From an uncultured Acidobacteriaceae bacterium (lineage in GTDB: Bacteria > Acidobacteriota > Terriglobia > Terriglobales > Acidobacteriaceae), in assembly GCA_963758255.1 (NCBI GenBank), contig CAVWUX010000010.1:19797-83796 (forward strand): a stretch of 64,000 bases of DNA, read 5' to 3'. The first letter of the stretch is position 1; every line of letters starts with the position of its first letter. This document shows positions 53,160-64,000 of this stretch, piece after piece. The position numbers were made by a program, and so were the translations under genes. The notes beneath the pieces are model-generated. The model was not told the origin of the DNA and did no database searches. It saw only the letters and a list, made by a program, of their open reading frames with translations.

Positions 53160-56100
53160 TTACGGTTTTGCGAACTGCACTTTCACAGTCTTGATCTCGT
53201 ACGCGTTGGTTGGCACGGTGACGACCTTGCCGCTGCCGTCCAAACTCAAGGGAGTCGGCGCCACCTCCATCAAGTTGGTCTGCCACGCTCCCGCTGCGGA
53301 TTGCGGCAGCATCAGGTGGATGTCGCCCGTCTTGCCCGCCCACTCGTAGAAGCGCACGATCAGCGAACTGTCGTCTTCATCTTTCTTGATGGCGGTGATC
53401 ACCACGTTGTCCTCCTGCGTACCGAAGAACGATTTGCTGGCCGGCAGCGTGCCCGGATGCTGCTTAGTGGTCGTGGCCATCAGCGGATAGTTGACTTCGT
53501 AGCCTTGGCGAACGGTCAACGCCTCGCGCCAGGTTCCCGCGTGTGGGTAGAGCGAATAGGTGAATTCATGATGGCCCTGATCGGCGTTGGGATCGGGCCA
53601 CTCGGGCCCGCGAAGCAGGGAGAGGCGCAGGACGTTGTCTTTGGCGTCGTAGCCGTATTTCGAGTCGTTGAGCAGGCTGAAGCCGTGGGTCGCGTCTGAC
53701 AGGTCGGCCCAGCGCAGCGCCGGAACCTCGAACTGCGCCTTCTCGGCCGGCGTGTTACGCGTGGTGGGACGCTCGACGGTGCCATAGGGAATTTCGAACG
53801 TCGCCTTGTCGTTACGGGCGCTGAGCGGGAACGCCACTTTCAGCAGGATGTGCTTCTCGTGCCAGTCGGCCTGCATGTGGACGTCAACGCGCGGCGATCT
53901 AGCGTTCAGCGTGATGTCCTGAATGAAGGTGGAGCTTTGCCATGTGTGCTTGACGCGGATCACGGCGCGCAGCGGAGTGTTCTCGATGAGCTTCACTTCG
54001 TCGGCTTTCAGCAGATCAGTGTGATGCTCGATGAAGTCGGCGTCCACGTTCCAGGCGTCCCACTGCTTCGGCTTGTCCACGAAGGCTTGCAGCAAATTGC
54101 CACAAGGCTTGCCGTGCAGGCAAGTTGGCGGGAGCGCCGACGACCGGGCACAGCCGGCGCGAGCGCTTCGGTGTTCGTGCGCTTGTCGACGATGCTGGTG
54201 ATGCAGCCGGTCTTGGGATCGATTTGCAGGCGAAGGAATTCGTTTTCGAGGGAAGTGTCCGTGGCGATGAGCTGACTCGGGGGGCCCGTTCCAGACGAGA
54301 CGCTGCTTGCTGGTGAAGCCTGATCAGTTGGTAGCCGTTAGGCGGAACATCTTCGGCGACAACCCGCAACCGCGCGCGGTTGGTTTGTTTGTCCTGGCTA
54401 ACCACATCCGACACGCAGAGTCCTCTCTTGTGCATCGGTCGCCGATAGTGCCATTAGCGGATCGGGGAATTGAGTGTCGAATTCGATTGGGCCGGTGCGC
54501 TTCCACGAGAGCGGATTGAAGATGACCACCGTGACATCGTCGGTCTTCACCCGCGAAGCCATATCGTTCAGCGCAGCCTGTATCGTGTCGCTGCTGAAGC
54601 GCTGCACCTCGGCATACTTCCGCGCCGCATCCACGTAGTTGATGCCGATCCCTGAGCCCGGCAGGATGTCGTGGAACTGGTTGAACAGCACCTTCTTCCA
54701 CGAATCGTCGAGGCCCGCCTGCGGATACGGCTGACCGAACAGCGTGCCAATCGACGCCAGCTTTTCCGCGTCGAGCAGCGCGACTTCACTCTTGCGGTTG
54801 CCGCGCTTGGTCTCCGACTGCGTGGTCTGCACGCCGCGGTGGTACTGGAAGTACAGCTCGCCGTTCCATACCGGCAGATTGAGCTCGCTTTCGTTTTTGC
54901 TGAGATTGTTGAGGAAGCTCGCCGCCGTCGAGAACTCAAGTTTCGGGTAAACGATGTCGGATTTCTGCCAGCGCAGTGCGGTGTCGAGATCGACGCGCGT
55001 CGGGCCGCCGCCGTGGTCGCCCACGCCGTAGAGGTACATCATCTGCAGCGCGCCGTTGGGTGCGGAGTCAGTGCCGCCGTTGTACTTCCACATCAGCGGG
55101 CCGTACACCGCGGAATCTTGGGCCATGGTCACCGGATCGATCTGGCCGCTGTAGGTGCTGGGGAAATACGTCATCAGACGTGCTGCCGTCGGGCGCCTGC
55201 CACCAGAAAAGACGGTAGGGGAACTTGGTGAACTCCGAGGCCCACAGCAGCTTTTGTGTTACGAAGTAGTCGATGCCCGCGCGTTTGTAGATTTGCGGTA
55301 ACTGCGCGTTGTAGCCGAAGGAGTCGGGGTTCCAGCCGATGTTCACGTCCACGCCGAACTTCTGCTGGAAGTAGCGCTTGCCATAGAGGATCTGGCGCAC
55401 CAGCGATTCGCCGTCGGGCATGTTGAGGTCGGGCTCGACCCACATGCCGCCGACGATCTCCCAGCGGCCTTCCTTCACGCGCTGTTCAATCTCCTGGAAG
55501 ATCGCGGGGTACTTCTCCTCCATCCACACGTATGCCTGCGCAGCCGAGGCAGTGAACTTGAAGTCGGGATACTCGCGCATGAGTTGCAGTACGGTGCCGA
55601 AGGTGTTGCGGACGACCTCGACGGTTTCGGTCTCGGGCCACAGCCAGGCCATGTCGATGTGGCTGTTGCCCACGGCCTTGATGGTGAACTGGCTCATGTA
55701 GGGTTTGAGGGGGGCGAGCTTGGATTGAGCGGTCAGAAGCGAGGCGTCGAAAGCGGCCTGGTCGCCTTTGTCGAGCGCGGTGAGGTCGATGGCGTGCACT
55801 GCGGCGTCGAGCTGCTGCTGGCGTTCGGCCTTGCCGTCGGGATAGGCGGAGACGAGAAGCTCCGCGGCCATGATCTCCTGGCGCAGTATTGTGGGATCGG
55901 GACGAGCCTCGCCCGGAGTGAATACCAGCGAAGCAGCGGAGAGGCTGGTTTTCGGCGGCCCGCCGCAGCAACCGACGGTTCCGGAAGGAAGGACGCGGAC
56001 AGCAATGAGCAGCTTCTGGCCCGGTTGCGCGCTTTGCGTCAGCGCGATTGGTACCTGGGAGTCCTGGTCGCCGCGCGCGACCATGTTGCCGTTCACGAAG

Positions 56101-56453
56101 ACCGAGATCAGGATGCCGGTGTTTCCGCCGATGTCGAGGTTGAGAGACACGCGAGAGCCTGTCGCCGAATAGCCGTTGAGTGCAGGAGGGATTTCGACGC
56201 TGTGGTAAAGCCAGACCGGCAGTTGCAGGTCCTGCTTTAACGCCATGGGTTTGGCTTCGGCCATCGAAGCGTCCGGTGTCTCGCCGTGCGGCAAGTCAGT
56301 GGCGATCATCTGCCAGTGATCCAGCGGCATGGTCGTGATCGCCTGCAGCCGATCGAGGACGGGCTTGTAGGGATCGGCGGGAGGTTGTTGTTGAGCAATC
56401 GAGAAAAAGGAGCTAACAAACAGGAAGAAAATCATGCAACGGAAGAATTTCAT
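53160..56453 (-). pseudogene. GH38-family alpha-mannosidase, multiply frame-interrupted as sequenced
   Basis: Signal peptide and GH38 N-domain (VGNSHIDMAWLWP.., GGMWVEPD, NPDSFGY) in 55068-56453. Middle part in 54398-55174. Further pieces near 54016-54435. C-terminal part in 53160-54095. At least 5 frame changes (~55176, ~54408, ~54300, two near 54110-54160). Confidence 0.85.
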
Positions 56454-56692
56454 AGTGTGGTCTCAACCCCGGCGGCACGACAACGAAACGAATCGGCGCA
56501 CCATGCTACGCGTGTCTGCTTTGTAGCAGTGCCGCCGCTACGCGGCTCGTGATGTATTGTTCAAACCCGACCGCGGGCTTACGCCCACGGCTAACTCATA
56601 TGCCGCCGCAGAGCGGCTGTTCCGAACGCAGAATTGTCAGCTGCGGCGCAGACTCCGTCAGTGAATCTCTGAACAAGCTTGCGATTGCGGCC

Positions 56693-56810
56693 GGGGCTAA
56701 AGCCCAAAGTTTAAGAAACCCCGGAGCGGCACGGCTGAAGCCGTGCCCCTTCAAATCGTATTTATGAGACCAGTACCAGTACCTCACGGCTGAAGCCGTG
56801 CCCTTTCAAA
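56693..56810. repeat. REP-like hairpins: GGGGCTAAAGCCC, then two copies of (GG)CACGGCTGAAGCCGTGCC + C(C)TTTCAAA
   Basis: Hairpins at 56693-56705, 56728-56747 and 56785-56802. Near-identical to the copy at 53111-53139. Confidence 0.8.
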
Positions 56811-56818
56811 TCCTGCCG

Positions 56819-58195
56819 TCAGTACTCGATTCCCAGCTTGTGCTGCATCTCTTCCAGCGTAATGCCTTTCGTTTCAGGGAACGTGAACATGACGACAAAG
56901 AACATGAGCGCCATCATGGCGGCGAAGAACACGAACGGGAAAGCGCCGCCGAAGCGCTGCACAAACACCGGGAAGATAAACGCGATCAAGGCGTTCATGA
57001 TCCAGTGAGTAGAGCTGCCCAGGGCCTGGCCTTTGGAGCGCACGCGGTTGGGAAAGACTTCGCTGATATACACCCAGATGACCGCGCCTTGCGATATCGC
57101 GAAGAAGGCGATGTACGCCACCAGAAACCACACCAGCAAGTGTTGGTGGGCATGGGTGAAGAAGATCGCAGCGACACCCGCCAGACAGAACGTCATGCCG
57201 GCGCCGCCGATCATCAGCAGCGTCTTGCGGCCGAGTTTGTCGATGAGGGACATGCCGATCAGCGTGGCAACCAGGTTCATGGCTCCGACGGCGACGGCCT
57301 GCAAATCGCCCGAGACCTTATTGAAGCCGGCCATGGCAAAGATGTAGTTGAGGTAGTACAAGATGGCGTTGATTCCTGCGAGCTGATTGAACGCAGCCAC
57401 GGTGAACGCCAGATAGATCGGCAAGCGATATTTGCGCTGAAAGAGCGGCTCGGAGTGCGCCACGCCATCCACGTGAATCGAAGCGATGATGTCGTCCAGT
57501 TCGCTGGCGCCGTCGGGCGAGCCCAGGGAATCAAGCACTTCACGCGCTTCGGGAATGCGGTTCTTGGTCACCAGCCAGCGGGCCGAACGCGGAATTCCGA
57601 ACAGCATGACGAGGAACAACACCGCAGGAAGCGCTGCGATACCCAACTGCCAGCGCCATTCATTGAGGCCGAAATTTCCCAGGCCGATCAGGTAGTTGCT
57701 GAGATAGGCAACCAGAATGCCGATGACAATGTTGATCTGAAACGACCCGACCAGCATCCCACGCCACTTCGCGGGAGCGATTTCCGCGATGTACACCGGG
57801 CCCAGCACCGACGAGCCACCGATCCCGAGACCACCGATAAAACGGAAAACAAGCAGCGAGGGCCAGTCCCATGCGAAGGCGCAACCCAGCGCTGAGATCA
57901 CGTAGAAGAGAGCCAGGATGCGCAGGCTTTCGCGGCCGCCTAGATGGTCGCCGAGAACTCCAGAGGACATGGCGCCAATGATGGTCCCCACCAGCGCGAT
58001 CGAGACGGTCCAGCCCAGTTGGCTCGGCGACAGGTGGAAGACGGACGTCAACTGCTGCGTGGTCCCGGCGATGACCGCGGTGTCGAAGCCGAACAGCAGA
58101 CCGCCCAATGCGCCGACGATGATGCTCTTTACCAGATAGAAGTTGAGTTTGCCCGGCCCGCCTGGTGCCTTCGAATTCGTGCTGACGTAATGCAT
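56819..58195 (-). CDS. MFS sugar porter family transporter
   Basis: GFDTAVIAG, PRSARWL and PETKG motifs. The ATG at 58195 overlaps the upstream stop (TAATG). The ORF-track start 58450 is an extension through the upstream gene. Confidence 0.9.
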   Translation of the reverse strand: MHYVSTNSKAPGGPGKLNFYLVKSIIVGALGGLLFGFDTAVIAGTTQQLTSVFHLSPSQLGWTVSIALVGTIIGAMSSGVLGDHLGGRESLRILALFYVISALGCAFAWDWPSLLVFRFIGGLGIGGSSVLGPVYIAEIAPAKWRGMLVGSFQINIVIGILVAYLSNYLIGLGNFGLNEWRWQLGIAALPAVLFLVMLFGIPRSARWLVTKNRIPEAREVLDSLGSPDGASELDDIIASIHVDGVAHSEPLFQRKYRLPIYLAFTVAAFNQLAGINAILYYLNYIFAMAGFNKVSGDLQAVAVGAMNLVATLIGMSLIDKLGRKTLLMIGGAGMTFCLAGVAAIFFTHAHQHLLVWFLVAYIAFFAISQGAVIWVYISEVFPNRVRSKGQALGSSTHWIMNALIAFIFPVFVQRFGGAFPFVFFAAMMALMFFVVMFTFPETKGITLEEMQHKLGIEY

Positions 58196-58545
58196 TATTC
58201 GCTCCACACTGCCAGTTCGTTGCCGTTGGGATCGGCAAAGTGAAAACGCCTTCCGCCCGGGAACTCGAACGTTTCGACGACGATCTTTCCGCCCGCCTCG
58301 ATGACCTTGCTCCGCGTCGCTTCCAGCGTCTTCGCATACAGGACGACAAGCGGACCGCCCTTCACCGGCTGGGCACTCATGGTAAAACCGCCAGCCAGCC
58401 GGCCATCGTGGAAGCTGGTGTAGTTCGGGCCATAGTCGGTAAAGCTCCATCCAAACACCGCATTGTAGAAGCGCTTGGTGGCTTCGATGTCGGTGGCCGG
58501 AAACTCAACATAGTCGATTTGAAGGTTGTGGTCTCGCTGGTCCAT
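58195..58545 (-). CDS. VOC (glyoxalase/bleomycin-resistance) family protein
   Basis: 116-aa ORF. IDYVEFPATDIEATKRFY.. and ..FHFADPNGNELAVWS are typical of VOC-fold proteins. Confidence 0.8.
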   Translation of the reverse strand: MDQRDHNLQIDYVEFPATDIEATKRFYNAVFGWSFTDYGPNYTSFHDGRLAGGFTMSAQPVKGGPLVVLYAKTLEATRSKVIEAGGKIVVETFEFPGGRRFHFADPNGNELAVWSE

Positions 58546-58615
58546 CTCTAGCCTCGTAGTGAGTATCAGCGGGCAAGATTAGCACACCCGCTTTCGTCGA
58601 CACTTAGGAATACGG

Positions 58616-60089
58616 TTGGCAGGCGGGATTCTCGCCGCTGCGCCGCTGCTCGGAGTTGCGCAACGGCGCCGGCTGCCTCATAATCCGCCGGTGAAGCAAG
58701 ACGCGAATTCCGCCGTCGCCCAGCCTGAAACTGCCGCCGCTGCGCGCCGGTCTGCGGTCCTTCATAGAGCCCTGAACAAGGACTATCCGGTCGCCGTCAG
58801 CGGCGAAGGCGTGTGGCTGTTCGATCGCGATGGCAACAAGTACCTCGATTTCGCCTCCAGCGCCGTCGTCAACTTCATCGGACACGGTGACCCGGCTGTC
58901 GTCCGCGCGATGGCAGCGCAAGCATCGGAACTGGAGTTCGCGCACTCAAGCAACTTCACAACAGAAGTCGCTGAGCAGTTCGCGCAGGAGCTCCTCGACT
59001 TCGCGGGCCCGGCGTTTCGCGACGGCGCAGTTTTCTTCACCAGCGGAGGCTCGGAGTCGGTGGAGAGCGCGCTAAAGCTGGCACGCCAGTATCAGGTGGA
59101 AAGCGGACACTCCGAGCGCTTCCAGATCGTCAGCCGGCGCCAGAGCTATCACGGCGCGACGCTGGGCGCGATGGCGGTCAGCGGGAATCAAGCGCGGCGC
59201 GGGATTTACCTGCCGATGCTGCGAGAATTCCCGAAGACCAACATTCCCTACTGTTATCGCTGCCCCTACGATTGCGGGAATGGATGTGCCGATTGCGGCC
59301 TGAAGTACGCCGCTGAGGTCGAGCAGGCCATCGGCGAATCCAGCGGTGCCGTCGCGGCATTCATCATGGAGCCGATCAGTGGCGCCACCTTGGGTGCAGC
59401 AGCCCCACCTCCCGCGTACGTGAAGCGTGTTGCTGAAATCTGCCGCGAGCAGCAAGTATTGCTGATCGCAGACGAGGTCATGACGGGATTCGGCCGCACC
59501 GGCCGCCGCTTTGCCATGGATCACTATGATGTCGCTCCCGACATCATCGCTGCCGGTAAGGGAATCTCGAGCGGCTACGCCCCGCTGGGGGCCGTCATCG
59601 CGCAGCGCCGCGTTGTCGATGCCATAACGAACGGCAGCGGGATGCTGCTGCACGGATTCACGTACAACGGTCATCCAGTATCCGTTGCGACCGGCCGGGC
59701 TGTACTAAAGCGTCTCATCGAAGACCGGCTGGTCGAAGCCGCCGACTCGGACCGTACCGGCAGTGTCGCGTCGATCCTGCAAGACGAATTGCAAAAGTTG
59801 TGGAAGCTGGACTGCGTGGGTGATGTTCGCGGGCTCGGACTTACTGTGGGCAGTTGAGTTCGTTGCCGACAAGCTCACCAAGCAACCGTATCCGGCGGAA
59901 AAGAAGTTTGCCGCCAGCGTGAATGAATGTGCCATGAAACGCGGTTTGCTGCTTTATCCTATGCAGGGTTGCGTGGATGGCAAGCGTGGCGACCACGTAA
60001 TGATCGCGCCTCCCGCGATCATCGCCGCGGACGAAATTCGCTGGGCGGTCGAGCAGGTAGCTGAGTCGATCGCAGAAGCGGCGCACTGA
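58616..60089 (+). pseudogene. Class III (omega) aminotransferase, one frameshift as sequenced
   Basis: PLP-enzyme motifs (FTSGGSESVESALKLAR, LIADEVMTGFGRTG). ..GDVRGLGL then continues as LWAVEFVADK.. in ORF 59763-60089. Junction ~59839-59846. TTG start 58616 with an AGGA SD. Confidence 0.8.
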
Positions 60090-60216
60090 TTTTGGGGGCA
60101 ACGGCACGTCCCAGGTACAGGAGGATGCCAAAAAAACGATAGGCACATCTAAGCGCTGGGTCGCTTCGCCCTCGTCAACTGACCGACTCGAGGTATCGGG
60201 CACCCGATCCGACCAT

Positions 60217-60243
60217 GGAAAAGGCGCGGACGGTCCGCGCCTT
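60217..60243 (-). terminator. Terminator hairpin after the CsgG-like gene
   Basis: AAGGCGCGGA-N3-TCCGCGCCTT, a 10-bp perfect stem (60221-60243). On the minus strand it is followed by TTCC, giving a T4 run. Confidence 0.6.
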
Positions 60244-60273
60244 ATCACTGCACTGAATTTGCCGGGTTCGCTT

Positions 60274-61296
60274 CTACTGGGTAATGGTCTTCACCGCGTC
60301 ACCGACCTTGAAGCCCGCGCCCGAGACCGGTGTACCGACCGCGGAAATGGCGTCCACGTCCGTAAGCTTGATCACACCAACCGTGGTGCTCATCTTACGA
60401 ATCACCTGCCCGGTTGACGGGTCTTTGATCTCCTTCGTAACCCGCTCCACGTTTAGCTGGTCTCCAACTTTGAGTCCAGCCTTGCCGCCCACGTTGAGGA
60501 CAACCTGCCCGCCATCCACCGCGGCCACCAGTCCTTCAACCGAAACCGTGCGTGCTTCAACCTTGGGAGCATCAGCGATCAAGCCGGCGCTCAAGTCCTT
60601 TACCGCAAGGTTGACTGCCTCGCCGATGATAGTCTGCTGAAAATCGCTGCTGCCGAAGTCGGCGTGACCGGCGCCGAATCCGTGCCAGTTGCCGCCACCA
60701 CCCGTCATCGAGGTGCTCTCGCGCGACGATTCGCCCTTGCCCGACGCTACGCCCATGATTTCGGCGGTGTCGATGTTGATGATCCGCGCATCGACCCCAA
60801 CAATCGCCTTGCTCTTTTTGTGGCCAAAGCCCCCAAGGCCGTAGCCTGCCCAACCGCCTCCTGCGCCGCCGATGTTGGTGTTTTTGGTCTCGTTGCCGAA
60901 CTGAGTGACGCTGCCGACGATAATCGCGTCAACACCCAGTATCTTGCCCAGTTTGGCCGCCGAATTAGGATTGGCGCGATCGCTATTGGAGAAGTTCTGC
61001 TCGGCCAGGATCTTGTCCATGGCCTTGCGGTCGATCACCGAATACGTCCCATCCTGCACCAGATATCTCACGGTGAGGTCGCTCATTCCCCTGCCTACAT
61101 CCACATTGGTGCCAAAGATCGCAGACGAATAGCTCTGCACGGTTGCGTAGTCGAAATCAAAGACTGCCACGCGCTTCTTGCGGCCTTGGTTCTGGACAGC
61201 TCCGGAAGCTGGCATCGCTGCCGTATTCTGCGCTGTGGCATCCGCCAGAAACAAAGCTCCTACCAACGAAAGGGCCAAGACGATCCTGCTCATCAT
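60274..61296 (-). CDS. CsgG/HfaB-family (curli-type secretion/assembly lipoprotein-like) protein
   Basis: Signal peptide. Typical sequence KKRVAVFDFDYATV..GMSDLTVRYLVQDGTYSVIDRKAMDKILAEQNF..KLGKILGVDAIIVGSVTQFG. Confidence 0.75.
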   Translation of the reverse strand: MMSRIVLALSLVGALFLADATAQNTAAMPASGAVQNQGRKKRVAVFDFDYATVQSYSSAIFGTNVDVGRGMSDLTVRYLVQDGTYSVIDRKAMDKILAEQNFSNSDRANPNSAAKLGKILGVDAIIVGSVTQFGNETKNTNIGGAGGGWAGYGLGGFGHKKSKAIVGVDARIINIDTAEIMGVASGKGESSRESTSMTGGGGNWHGFGAGHADFGSSDFQQTIIGEAVNLAVKDLSAGLIADAPKVEARTVSVEGLVAAVDGGQVVLNVGGKAGLKVGDQLNVERVTKEIKDPSTGQVIRKMSTTVGVIKLTDVDAISAVGTPVSGAGFKVGDAVKTITQ

Positions 61297-61499
61297 GTCG
61301 CATCTCCCAACGAGAAGGTTGCGGTTGAACTGGTCAGAACTGCAATTTTCTGTCTGAGGGTCCCGAACACGGAATTCTACACCCGACCAGTCCGCTGCGA
61401 ACCCTCAAAAGTAGGCCGATGTCGGTCAAAAAACCCAGCAATAACGAAAGGGCGCGGCTCCCGCCGCGCCCCTGCGTGCCTCCAAATTGCAGATGCTAC

Positions 61500-62020
61500 C
61501 TATTGCTGAGATGAGCCACCGGGCACGTTGTCGTGCTGTATGCCCAACTCATGGGGGGAAGACATGACGGCCGTGTCCGGATTCAGCAGGCCCGTCTTGT
61601 CAGGCCCCAACCCCAGCTTGATCAATGCCCGTGAGTCCGGGGTGACTTTGGTCTGCCAGCCATTCTCCGACTGATAGCGCACAAGGGCGTCTTTGGTGTC
61701 CTGGTCCCATTTACCGGTTGGCTCGCCGGAAAGGTAATGCTCGCGAATCAGCGCCTCTTGGATCGCGCGCGCGCGTTCCTGATCGATCCCGTGCTGGCCG
61801 CGCGAAGCCGATTTGGTGGACTTCTTCTTGGATTTGCTGCTGGAGCTTTCGCGGACTTGCTCGACTTCGAGGACTTGGACGACTTATGAGAACTGGAAGA
61901 CGACTTCGTCGACTTCGCTGGTTTGGTTGATTTCTTCTGACTCGTGGTAGCTGTCGCCGCTCCTACAAATAGAAGCGCGGCAGCCACTATTGCGGTTGGA
62001 TGAAGAATTCCTAGACTCAA
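61500..62020 (-). pseudogene. Lys/Ser-rich exported protein with a peptidoglycan-binding (PG_binding_1-like) domain, one frameshift as sequenced
   Basis: TTG 62020 opens a signal peptide (SLGILHPTAIVAAALLFVGAATA) and a KSSKSSKS linker. The PG-binding-like C-terminus (ERARAIQEALIREHYLSGEPTGKWDQDTKDALVRYQSENGW) is in another frame. The junction is at a T3/A3 run, 61847-61849. Confidence 0.65.
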
Positions 62021-62168
62021 GCGCAAAGGCAGCACCTCGGGGGAAAATCTATGAATTCCAGAAGAACGGGGTAATTGTAACCGCCCATTCACCAAAATGG
62101 GAACCACAAAAATCAGCAGAAACCAAAAAGGCACTCCGGCGAGAAACAGCTCCCATTTCCACAAAGGC

Positions 62169-62193
62169 TCGGGCGGAGTATTCCTCCGCCCGA
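62169..62193 (-). terminator. Hairpin after htrA
   Basis: TCGGGCGGAG-N5-CTCCGCCCGA, a 10-bp perfect stem, 26 nt after the stop codon. Modest T content follows on the minus strand. Confidence 0.5.
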
Positions 62194-62218
62194 TGTCGAT
62201 CGAATGCCGGCTTTTGCC

Positions 62219-63823
62219 TTACGGAAGCGTTCCCCCCATGAAGACGGTCCCGGAATTGGGACCCAAGCCGCGCGGCCGTACCAGGAAGACGACGTCCTGT
62301 CCGGGCTTGAGTTGCGACTCCAATTTGCGGAAGTCGGACTCGCTGTTGACCGGCTGTTTGTTGATCTCAAGGATGACGTCGCCGCGGCTTACGCCCACGG
62401 TGTCGCCAAACCCATCGGGCTTTACGTCTTGCACGATGACTCCCTTGGAGTTGGGAAGTTTCATGCGATCGGCGATCTCAGGGGTGATGTCTTTCACAAT
62501 GACCCCGAGCTTGCTCTCCTCGGGTTTGGCTTGTTCGCCGCCTTCTTCCTCATCCCCGAGCCGTGTGGCGAATAACTTCTGGCGGTCGGCTACGGTTACC
62601 TCAGCCGTGTTCTGTTTCCCGTTGCGCACGTAGCCAAGCTTGGCTGTGCTCCCTGGCTTGATCGCCGAGATTTCCGCCACTAGCTCGTCACCCGAAGTGA
62701 TCGTCTTGCCGTTAACCGAAACGATGGTGTCGCCCGTCTGCAGTCCGGCTTTCTGGGCTGGTCCGTTGGGAGTGACATTTGCGATGGTCACGCCACTGGA
62801 GACTCCGTACACACGCTGCACCGCCGGATTGGGTACGGCGTTGAATTCCACTCCGATGGAGCCGCGCGACACTTTGTGGTCGGGACTGATCAACTGGTTG
62901 TACACCTGCACCACGGTGTTGGACGGCATGGCGAAACCCACGCCCTGGTAGCCGCCTCCGCTGGTGTAAATCGCGGTGTTAATGCCGATTACCTCTCCCA
63001 ACATGTTGACCAGCGGGCCACCGGAATTGCCGGGGTTGATGGCTGCATCGGTCTGGATGAACGACTGAAACTGGCGCTGTGGAACGATGTTGCGCCCGCG
63101 CGCAGAAACGATACCCGCAGTCACGGTTTCTTCGAGGCCAAACGGGCTGCCGATGGCCAGCACCCAATCGCCGACCGCCATGCTGTCCGAATTGCCAAGT
63201 TTGGCCGCCGGCAGAGGCTTCTTGGCGTCAATCTTGATCACCGCCAGGTCGGTTTCCTTATCGGTACCGACGACGGTCGCGTCGTAGGTCACGGTCGCCG
63301 GATCGTTCATCAGCTTCACCCGGATGCGGTCAGCCTTCTCGACGACGTGAGCGTTGGTGATGATGTAGCCCTTGGAATCGACAATCACGCCCGATCCCAG
63401 AGAACGCTCGCGCAAGTCTTCGCCGCCGGGCGCACCCGGCACCTGGCCGCCTTGACCGCCAAAGAAGCGGTCCAGGAAGTCCTGCATAGGGTTATCGTCG
63501 CCGCCGTTGTCGTCCGGAGTGCCCGGCGTCGTCCGTCCGCCGCGGCGATGGGGGTTCTTGATCGTCGATTCGGTATTGATGTTGACCACCGCCGGCTCAA
63601 GCTGGCGAGCGATTTGTGAAAACTGATTCGACAGTTGCTGCGGCGAGGGCACTTGCAGAGGGGTCGCATCCGCAGACGAAACCCCCTTCTCTTTTCCCTT
63701 AACGCCCCCCGATACCACCGTACCGATCAAGATGCCCAGCGAGAGGGTCGCCAGCACCACCAGGGTTGAGGCAAAACGATTCGCCTTTAACCTTTGCCTG
63801 AAACCCGTGACTTGCCGATCCAT
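62219..63823 (-). CDS. htrA: Do/DegP/HtrA-family serine protease with two PDZ domains
   Basis: Trypsin-like catalytic motifs ([23 protein letters not shown]) and two PDZ segments. The ATG at 63823 is preceded by GGAGG at 7 nt. The ORF-track start 63850 is less likely. Confidence 0.9.
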   Translation of the reverse strand: MDRQVTGFRQRLKANRFASTLVVLATLSLGILIGTVVSGGVKGKEKGVSSADATPLQVPSPQQLSNQFSQIARQLEPAVVNINTESTIKNPHRRGGRTTPGTPDDNGGDDNPMQDFLDRFFGGQGGQVPGAPGGEDLRERSLGSGVIVDSKGYIITNAHVVEKADRIRVKLMNDPATVTYDATVVGTDKETDLAVIKIDAKKPLPAAKLGNSDSMAVGDWVLAIGSPFGLEETVTAGIVSARGRNIVPQRQFQSFIQTDAAINPGNSGGPLVNMLGEVIGINTAIYTSGGGYQGVGFAMPSNTVVQVYNQLISPDHKVSRGSIGVEFNAVPNPAVQRVYGVSSGVTIANVTPNGPAQKAGLQTGDTIVSVNGKTITSGDELVAEISAIKPGSTAKLGYVRNGKQNTAEVTVADRQKLFATRLGDEEEGGEQAKPEESKLGVIVKDITPEIADRMKLPNSKGVIVQDVKPDGFGDTVGVSRGDVILEINKQPVNSESDFRKLESQLKPGQDVVFLVRPRGLGPNSGTVFMGGTLP

Positions 63824-64000
63824 TGAGTATCCTCCACCGATTAGAGCCAAACTTTGATTATACGTTGCCTAAAGCCACGACCTGCGTCGTCAGCGGGCGC
63901 AGAAACTCCTCAGACCCTTTAGACGTTCGGCGCAGAGGTTTAGTTACCAATTGTTTAGTTGTAAGGTATTTCTCAGGCTCTGCCTGGCATTACGGCGAGA

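Overview
GC-rich bacterial chromosomal segment, most likely Acidobacteriota. Supporting this are two tandem ADOP-type duplicated MacB-like permeases, several sigma54/NtrC-type regulators, and short GC-rich hairpin repeats of the GGCACGGCTGAAGCCGTGCC type. I support about 50 protein-coding genes and one tRNA-Leu(CAG). I found no rRNA, CRISPR array, transposase, integrase or recognisable defence system. Most genes are housekeeping or envelope functions: fur-family regulator, rlmB, purS, glmS, alaS, rlpA-like, htrA, MscS-type channel, S10 peptidase, GH38 mannosidase, sugar transporters.

The most unusual content is at 12.5-18.7 kb. A tightly coupled three-gene operon is headed by a 774-aa protein whose N-terminal 320 aa consist of four ~80-aa repeats. 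Each repeat ends in a helix-length ladder of cysteines spaced exactly four residues apart. It is followed by a DUF1360-like membrane protein and a small MCCGQ-start ORF. I cannot place this operon in any characterised family. It is flanked by a Crp-like regulator, a pseudo-receiver and an orphan RpfF/DSF-synthase-like crotonase.

Other notable items:
- A ChlI-like AAA+/vWA gene pair split by a long palindrome.
- A DHp-only histidine-kinase fragment, NtrC and pseudo-receiver module next to the ADOP permeases, with sigma54-like promoters.
- A DksA-zinc-finger/PP2C fusion.
- GTTGCAAC operator pairs at the fur locus.
- Two ~0.6-1 kb apparently non-coding gaps.

Many genes have interrupted reading frames: alaS and the GH38 gene multiply, and at least seven others (cytochrome c, OmpA-like, rlpA-like, SSF symporter, aminotransferase, PG-binding protein) once. 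This suggests local sequence-quality problems more than biology. All domain calls rest on motifs read by eye and recalled family signatures; no searches were run.
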